Assembly: GCA_000388065.2 (NCBI GenBank)
Contig: KB932203.1
Source: Fonticula alba ATCC 38817
Taxonomy: Eukaryota > Protista > Nucleariida
Direction: 5' to 3' (one strand)
Length of the DNA: 8,143 bases
Part shown: one piece after another, positions 1-6,929 of the stretch
Numbering within the stretch: the first letter of the stretch is position 1
How the letters are laid out: the number at the start of each line of letters is the position of its first letter
Position numbers and translations under genes: made by a program
Notes under the pieces: model-generated
Told to the model about the DNA's origin: nothing
What the model saw: only the letters and a program-made list of their open reading frames with translations
Database searches by the model: none

Positions 1-30
1 CCCTCCCCCGGCCACGCCCCGGTGGCGCCA

Positions 31-50
31 TCTCTCTCTCTCTCTCTCTC
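31..50. repeat. (TC)10 microsatellite in the upstream MDM31 intron
   Basis: Read directly from the sequence. Confidence 0.95.
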
Positions 51-238
51 CCTCTTTCTTTCCCTATATGTAGCCCTCACTCCTCTTCTTTTGGTGCCCC
101 TTCTCCTGCCTTGGCGGCGCTCCTCCTGTCGCCTTCGCTGCTGCTGCCTCCACCGCCGTCGCTCTCTGACTCTCACCTCCTCCCCCCCTCCTCCTCCTCC
201 TCTCGCGGCGTGTGCACGCACATATGCACGAATTCCAG

Positions 239-2146
239 GCCAAGGCCTGGTGGAGGATATCACCATCCGCGGGGTGCGCGGCACCGTGGACCAGCGCCAC
301 CTGTACTGGCCGCCGGATTATGTGAACCCCCCGCTCAAGGACGGCTTCGACATCCGCCGGGTGCAGGTGGAGGATGTCCTGCTGACCCTGCTGCAGCCCT
401 CCTTCCGGCCCTTCAATGTGTCGATCCTGGCCTTGGACCTGGACCGACTGCGCTTCCGGTGGTTTTTGTATGACATCCTCCGGGCCAACATCGCCATCGG
501 GTCCTACGATGATTGCCTGTTCACCTTGCACACGGCGCAGCGTGGCTCGGCCGAGCACCAAGCCCTGGAGCTGGCGGCCGCCGGGGACACCGACGCCGAT
601 GCCACCCGGCCTCGGCGCTTCCGGTCCCGGCACTTTACCGCCAATCCCGACACCGGTGGGCCCGACGCGGCGGGCTCCAACAATGCCGGCCCCCTGCACC
701 GCGGGTCGCCCCTCATGGATACCCTCTATCCCAATGGGCATCCGGCCTACACGCCCTACTTGCACTTGACCACCTCGTCGGAGGCCGGCAATTCGGCGGC
801 CAATGCCTCGGGCCAGGGGTCCGGCTCGGCCGCCACCCCGGCCATGAGCCCGGCCGCGGCCCTGGCCGCCGCCGCGTCGCGCATCTTCACCGGGGCCGGG
901 GCCGACCCCGACCCAAAGGACACCCCCCCGCGGCTGGCGCACCTGAAGATTGTCGGCGTGCCGTTCGAGCACTTTGGCAAGAACTCCCCCAGCGGCCCCA
1001 TGAGCTGGATCTACAGCGGCACTGTGGACATTTCAGCCACACTGGTCCTGCCGGAGGTGGACCCCTCGGTGCGTGCATCAGCCAGCCTGCCAGTCATTCC
1101 TGCTCGTTGCGTGTGTTGTCCCTGGCGGGCGAGCGGGCGAGCGGGCGGGCGGGCGGGTGAGCAGGCAGGCCGCAGCTACATGTGACCATTTCGCATTACT
1201 GCCGCTTTGGCGGCTGACTGACCTGACAATGCGCCTTCTCCTGCCCGGCCCCTGGCACCTTGCAGCTGCTCACTCCCTACTACGAGACTTATGACCCGGT
1301 GCAGCTCCGGCACTTTGCCCTGCACGGGGAGCCCCCCTCGGAGGAGGCGGCCACCTATGCCACAGGAGCCGGCGAGCCGCAGCTCCACCCGAGCGTGCCG
1401 ATCCCCTATCCGCCGGCGGCGCCAGCCCCGCATCATGCCCACCCCCATCCGCCGATGCTGATCGAGTCGAACCTGCGCTTCAACAACCTGCGCGCGGCGG
1501 TCCCCCTGCGCGAGGGGGACTGGTCGTATGTCGATACGACCAGCCTCCGGCCGATGGTCAGCTACATCAATGCGCATGCCACCTTCCTGCCGCTGGCGTA
1601 TCGTTTGGCCCTGCCAGTGGTGCGTATCCTGTCGATTGGCTTGCCCTTTTCGCTCGCGACGCCTGGGGGGCAGGGGGGCGGGGGCCTGCCACATGGTCAA
1701 ACGCCACCGCCGGGACACTTCTCGCATGCGCACATGAGCCATGACTGACTCTCCTCCCGGCCGTGCTGCGGTGTCCACCTTCTCGCTCACACACACACAC
1801 ACACACACACACACAGTCGCAATTTGACTCGGCTTGGTCCCTTTTCGATCGGTTTATCGCCTATCGCATCTCAGATGCCATCTACAACAGCTTCCTCCGG
1901 CGCATGAGCGACGAGCAGCGCCGCCAGCGCCAGGTCAAGCGCATCGGCGTCTGGGCCTTGCGCGAGGGCATGAAGGGTGTGGCCAACTTCTGGTCCCTGG
2001 TCCGGGGCCTGCCGTACTCGCTGCCCGCCGGCCAGGGTCAACAGACCTTGAAGATCAACTCTTCCCCACGAACGGGCCCGGCCCCGGCGCCAACGCCCCT
2101 GACACGCCACGACCCACTGGACACCGCACACCTGGCGCCGAACTAG
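239..2146 (+). CDS. MDM31: Mitochondrial distribution and morphology protein 31/32 family, 5'-partial. Exons 239-1068, 1266-1619, 1817-2146; upstream exons lie outside the window.
   Basis: The spliced translation has Mdm31-like blocks in the expected order: GLVEDITIRGVRGTVDQRHLYW; FDIRRVQVEDVLLTLLQPSFRPFNVSI; RFRWFLYDILRANIAIGSYDDCLFTLH; LKIVGVPFEHF..SGPMSWIYSGTVDISATLVLP; LRFNNLRAAVPL..DWSYVDTTSLRPMVSYINAHATFLPL; FDSAWSLFD..ISDAIYNSF..RRQRQVKRIGVWAL. Acceptors CAG end at 238, 1265 and 1816. Donors GTGCGT are at 1069 and 1620, both phase 0. CTGAC branch motifs are at 166, 1214-1227 and 1745. Stop TAG is at 2144-2146. Family recognised from memory; no search was run. Confidence 0.88.
1788..1815. 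repeat. (CA)14 microsatellite abutting the MDM31 3' splice site at 1816
   Basis: Read directly; the last CA plus G forms the acceptor CAG. Confidence 0.95.
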
Positions 2147-2282
2147 ACACGCGGCTGCCTGCCGGTCCTCCTCGCCCTCCCGGTAGCACCCCGCGGTTTC
2201 TTTGGGTTGGCGGAAGGCGAGTAGCACCGGCGAAAAGGCCAGCGGAGAGGGCGGGTGCATGTGGTCGCAATGTTTGCCGTCT

Positions 2283-2345
2283 CCCCCCCCCCCCCCCCAC
2301 CCCCCCCCTCTCCCCCCCCCCCCCCCCCCCCCCCCCCCTCTCCCC
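2283..2345. repeat. Interrupted poly-C tract
   Basis: C16, C9 and C27 runs separated by 1-3 nt. Confidence 0.95.
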
Positions 2346-2674
2346 GCCTGATCCAGCCCCACTTTCGAGCGTGCGCACACACGCACACAATAGACATTAC
2401 ATAGATTCCCCCAAACCACACAGGGAGCGCCCCCAATCGACAGAGGTCCGGGTCTGATCGCGTGACTTTCACGTGGTGCCGGTTGACCTTCTCGGCCTCT
2501 TCGTCACAATGAGGCCAGAGACACACAATGCCCGGGGCCATGTCCGTGCCCTGAGGTCCCCCCCAGGGTGGGCTGGCGTGGCGACGGGAGGTGGGGGCGG
2601 AGGCGGTGGGAGTAGGCAAACTGGCAACGCCCTTCGGTCCTCGGGCGCTGATGGAAACACAGGCACCGTCAGAA

Positions 2675-2675
<1 letters not shown>

Positions 2676-2738
<63 letters not shown>
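2676..2738. repeat. Perfect C63 homopolymer
   Basis: Read directly; the length may be an assembly artefact. Confidence 0.9.
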
Positions 2739-2741
<3 letters not shown>

Positions 2742-2807
2742 TCCGGCGCCCGGTCATTCGAGAAGGGCAGCCAGGTCCGATCGAGCCGCTTGGGAGCCCC
2801 TGCGTGC

Positions 2808-2881
2808 CACACACACACACACACACCCGCGCCCCCCCCCTGCCCCTTCCTTGGACAAGGCACACAGATCTCACCCCGCGA

Positions 2882-2912
<31 letters not shown>
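2808..2912. repeat. (CA)9 at 2808-2825 and (AG)14 at 2885-2912, intergenic
   Basis: Read directly from the sequence. Confidence 0.9.
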
Positions 2913-2918
<6 letters not shown>

Positions 2919-3153
2919 AGAAAGGCGACTCAGGTGCTGGGACTCTCACCGCAGGGCGCGGCCAACTTTGCTCCTCCCCCTTTCCTCCCTCCCCCTCCCT
3001 TGCCCCACGCACGACTCCCCTCCATACATCTATTTCCTGCGGTGTCTCTCTCAAGCACACACACGCACACACACACACATACACATATCCCTGGCATTGG
3101 AAACAGATCCCGCGTTTCCCACCCTTTTCATCGACTCAACATAGCATCTGGCC

Positions 3154-5444
3154 ATGTCTGTCGAACTTCTGGACACCCTTATGGGTACATGACTCCCCCC
3201 CCCCCCCCCCCCCCATCCTTACCCGCCCAGACCGCCTACTTCCGCACAGCGCATTCACCTCTTTTGACTCTCCGTGTCACCTCCCGTCTGCGCCTCTTCC
3301 CCCCTTCCCCCCTTCCCCGAAAGGACATGAGGACCGCGTCTGGCACGCCGCATGGAGTGCGTGTGGGCGCTGGCTGGCCACTTGTGGTGGTGATCGCACC
3401 ATCCGCATTTGGGCCCCGCTGATCCCCCGGCCGCGCACGGTCACCCAGATGGTGGATGGGGTCATGACCAAACAGGTCCATGAGGCGCCTCCCCCCTCGC
3501 TGGAGCGGTGGTCCTGCGTCGCGCGTTTGAAGACACACCTCCACCAGCGGACCGTGCGCGCGGTCGCGTGGCGCCATTGTGGCCGGTTCTTGGTGTCGGT
3601 AGCCTTCGACGCCAGCATGGTCCTATGGCAGCGCACGTCTGACACGAGCAACGGTGCGTGGCTTATTGCCCTTGGGGTCTGTAGCCTTTTCATGCTGTTG
3701 CTGGGAGCTGGGGCGGGGGGGGGNNNNNNNNNNNNNNNNNNNNNNNNNNNNNNNNNNNNNNNNNNNNNNNNNNNNNNNNNNNNNNNNNNNNNNNNNNNNN
3801 NNNNNNNNNNNNNNNNNNNNNNNNNNNNNNNNNNNNNNNNNNNNNNNNNNNNNATGATGATGATGATGATGATGATGATGTGCGCATGTGTCTCCACCCG
3901 TGCTTACCTGCCCCATACACATATACCCCGGTGGGGCCCCCGTCGCAGAGTGGACTCCGGTCATCGAGATCGAGCAGGAGGGCCATGGTGCCGAGATCAA
4001 GAGTGTCGCCTGGTCGCCGGACGGCAGCTTCTTGGCCACGTGTAGCCGCGATAAGCGTGTCATCGTTTGGGCCTGTACGTGCAACTGCCTGTCCATTCGC
4101 CGGCGCACATGTTTGCATGCCCACATGGGTGCACCGCCTCATGCCTGACATGTCTCCCCATGCCGGCCACACACCCCAACCATGCACCAGTCTGTGAGAA
4201 TCCCCTGGAGCTGGAGATCGCCTCGGATTTGTACGGTCACGGCCAGGACGTCAAGCACGTAGCCTGGGTTGACCTCCCGGCCGAGGGGGAGTCCTCCCAG
4301 TGTCTGGTGTCCAGCTCGTACGACGATACGATCATGGTCTGGCGCCTGCGCGGCGACGATTTCGAGTGCACCGGTGTCCTGAAGGGCCACAAGTCCACCG
4401 TCTGGGCCACGGCCGCCCTGTCCGGCTCGCGCATTGGTGTGTGCCTTCCCTCAACTGGCCCGGGCCCTGTCCCCGTGCCTTGCCAACACTGACCCGGGCT
4501 TCTGCCCTCTCCCTCCTGTCAGCCTCCGTCAGTGATGACCTTTCTCTTCGGATCTGGGAGCCCGCCCCCAGTCAAGACCGTACGCTCATCTGGCGGGGCC
4601 GGGCTGTGGCCCCCTTCTCGCGGCCTTGCACATGCTCCCTGGTGGCCATCCAGGCATGCCGCACCTCCACACTGACGCTCTCACACGCATGCAGTTGGCA
4701 GCCCGTTCATTTCGAAACAGACCATCTCGCAGGCCCACTCGCGGCCAATTTACTCGGTGTCGCATTGCGCCCTGCCGGCCGCCATCCCGTTGGACGCCTT
4801 TGTGGCTCGGCATGCGCCGGGGCAGGTCCCCCCGGCGGATGTGGTGCGCCTCGGCCCGGCCATCGATGCCGCGGCCGTCGGCACCTTGGCCGCGGCTGAC
4901 GACCCTCCTCAGCACGAGGGCGAGGATGTGGTCATGGGTGATGCCGGGGACACTGGGCCAGTGGCCGAGGCTCCCGGCCCGGCCAGCGCCATCATTGGTC
5001 TGGTTGCCACCGGGGCCGGTGACAATGCCGTTGGCCTCTTTGCCGAGGTGCGTGCTTCCGCATTCTTCTTGGTCGGGCTTCCCCTGAGGGGGGTATGTCC
5101 CCGTACAGAGAGGGAGAGAGAGAGAGAGAGAGGGAGAGAATCACACACAGAGTGAGAGAGAGAGAGAGGGAGGTGTCTGCTTTCCGGCCGCGCGCTTACT
5201 CACGACTCCCCGCGCTCCACCCCCATCCCCCCCCCCCCCGTGCCAACAGATGGACAACGGGACGGTTGTTCCGCTTCGGCGCCACGGCCGAGCCCACAGC
5301 CTGGAGCTGAACTCGGTGGCCTTCCGGCCGCTGCTTCGGCCGGACCTGGCGGCCCGCATTCCGGGCCTGGTCGACCCGCAGCAGGTTGTCCTGGCCACCG
5401 CATCGGATGACGGCACGATCCGCATCTGGCGAGTGTCCCTCTGA
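3154..5444 (+). CDS. CIA1: Cytosolic iron-sulfur protein assembly WD40 protein CIA1/CIAO1. Exons 3154-3184, 3324-3653, 3949-4074, 4191-4436, 4523-4579, 4695-5047, 5250-5444 (1338 nt, 445 aa).
   Basis: The spliced protein begins [35 protein letters not shown]. It continues with [52 protein letters not shown] (the CIA1-typical SRDK), [61 protein letters not shown] and [23 protein letters not shown]. All six introns are GT-AG with matching phases (1,1,1,1,1,0). Homology runs continuously across intron 2, so the N gap need not hide an exon. Confidence 0.92.
3724..3853. other. Assembly gap (130 N) inside CIA1 intron 2
   Basis: Run of N, flanked by a G-run and (ATG)n. Confidence 0.99.
3854..3880. 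repeat. (ATG)9 trinucleotide repeat at the gap edge, intronic
   Basis: Read directly; probably longer, and may be the cause of the gap. Confidence 0.95.
5107..5171. repeat. Imperfect (GA)n tract in CIA1 intron 6
   Basis: Read directly from the sequence. Confidence 0.9.
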
Positions 5445-5569
5445 GCGAACGAGAGGCATGTTCCGCTGGGGGCCGGGCCTCTGCCATGCCCGCCTTCCTC
5501 TTCCCTTTGTAGAAAGCACCCAGCACAGCCGGCCCCCAGGGCCAAGCAAATGTGTGACTCCCCCCCCCC

Positions 5570-5611
5570 CCCCCTCCCCCCGGACACTGCGCGGTGTCCG
5601 GGGGGAGGGGG
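5570..5611. repeat. Perfect 18-bp inverted repeat with a 6-nt spacer
   Basis: ccccctccccccggacac (5570-5587), spacer tgcgcg, gtgtccggggggaggggg (5594-5611). Confidence 0.9.
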
Positions 5612-6187
5612 AAATACACAATCCAGTGCCAACGTACGTGCCCGTGGGAAATGGCCAATACGACGGCACCCAGGCAGCTCGGCTGCGTGGCGACATTTGC
5701 GCGTGGGCGGGGGGTCGCGGCCGGCGGGGAGGGGGCAGGGAGATAAATGAGGACCGGTGTGCATCTCCGCCTCTCCCCCCCCTCGTCGACTGCCTGGCCA
5801 GGCCCAGGGTGCGACGTAGGCGCGCCTCCACGTCGGGGCTCTCTTCTTCCTTTTTCAGCCGGCTCCATGGCCCCGGGCCGCCCCAAGCCCCAGGATCACC
5901 TCCCCTCACCTCCAAACACTCTGCGTCCTTGTGTGTCACACACTCATCCACACACATCCACCCACTGCCGGTTTCCCCCTCTCGACCTTTCCGCCCCCTC
6001 TCGCCCTCTCCGCTCCCTCTTCACATCTTCTCTCCTTCCTCCCATCCTCTCTTTCTCTTCCCATCTCTGGGGGGGGGTTGCTCTCTCTTCTTCCCTCCCC
6101 CCTCCCCCCCTCCAGTCGCACACTGACTCGATGAGCTTCGGATCGCCGGACACAGTACTCCGACGCACTCGCCCCTCCAACAAGAGC

Positions 6188-6205
6188 CACACACACACAC
6201 ACACA
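6188..6205. repeat. (CA)9 immediately upstream of the 6208 ATG
   Basis: Read directly from the sequence. Confidence 0.95.
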
Positions 6206-6207
6206 CC

Positions 6208-6686
6208 ATGGGCCGGTCTGCCAAGGGAACTAAGCGCCCCTCCAAGAAGGAGAAGGAGCTGAAGCGCGATGGGTCTGAGGGTACGTGCCGCTGCGCGGGA
6301 AGGCGCACCGCAAGGGCATGAGGGATCTCGCATGGCACATCGCCATTGCCCCGGGATTGCCGGCGGGGGGATCCTCCCGTTGACATTCTCCCACTGACCC
6401 CTCGACCGCAGTCGCCCGCAAGGGACCCGCCTCCCTGGCCAAGAAGAAGTCCGCCGGGAAGAAGACCCGCGCCGGGTCCAAGACCACGGCCCAGCGCGTT
6501 GAGCTTGGCCATTCGGGGCCCGTGGCGCAGGCCCTGCGCGCGGCCATCGATGTCAAGACCGCGCGACACATCTCCAAGGGGATCATCCAGGGCCGGCCGA
6601 CCGGCTTCGCGGCGCTGATTGACGTGCCGGAGCCGGCTGCGCCCGCGGCGGGTCAGCAGCCCCCGGCCTCGGACCCGTCCGCCTGA
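6208..6686 (+). CDS. Small Lys/Arg-rich hypothetical protein, 115 aa. Exons 6208-6280 and 6412-6686.
   Basis: Start context is ccATGG at 6208. Donor GTACGT is at 6281, branch CTGAC at 6394 and acceptor CAG ends at 6411; the phase-1 join gives G+TC = Val. Third positions are strongly G/C and the stop is TGA at 6684-6686. Product: MGRSAKGTKRPSKKEKELKRDGSEVARKGPASLAKKKSAGKKTRAGSKTTAQRVELGHSGPVAQALRAAIDVKTARHISKGIIQGRPTGFAALIDVPEPAAPAAGQQPPASDPSA. Confidence 0.8.
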
Positions 6687-6899
6687 GAAATAATCAAGGG
6701 CCCAAGGAAAAACCGAGAAAGAAAGAAAAAAAGAAAAAGAGGCCTGCCCGCTCCTCGTTCGGTGGCGCTCCTCTCCCCCCCCCCCCCCCCCCAGGAACAT
6801 GATTACAGGAGGGGAGATGGGCAAGGGGAAGGGCACACAGAGGAGGGCCCGTGTATGATGAAGAAAAATACAGCAACCTGCTCGCTGGCGGAGGAGGTC

Positions 6900-6929
6900 T
6901 GTGTGTGTGTGTGTGCGTGTCTGTGTGTG
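6900..6929. repeat. Imperfect (TG)n microsatellite
   Basis: Read directly from the sequence. Confidence 0.9.

Noticed and set aside
1214-1227. Triple tandem CTGAC branch motif
   Set aside because: All three copies lead to the same acceptor, with no visible consequence.
64-1814. Long minus-strand ORFs (64-972, 1176-1814)
   Set aside because: Antisense shadows of the GC-rich MDM31 exons.
1069-1816. Both complete MDM31 introns are exactly 197 nt and start GTGCGT
   Set aside because: No alignable internal similarity, so it is treated as coincidence.
2478-2520. cttctcggcct resembling the U2 snRNA 5' end; H/ACA-like ACACAA at 2523
   Set aside because: No GTGTAGTA branch-pairing region or Sm site, and no terminal ACA after a second hairpin.
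3724-3853. Hidden CIA1 exon inside the gap
   Set aside because: Exons 2 and 3 join in phase with normal WD40 spacing.
2591-4045. 484-aa ORF with poly-Pro and poly-Met
   Set aside because: It is a chimera of the C63 run, intergenic DNA, CIA1 exon 2, intron, N gap and (ATG)9.
3185-4694. Five consecutive phase-1 introns in CIA1
   Set aside because: Skipping would delete propeller blades, and the sample is too small to mean much.
5615-5640. CAGTGC as an iron-responsive-element loop near CIA1
   Set aside because: The flanking bases cannot form the IRE stem.
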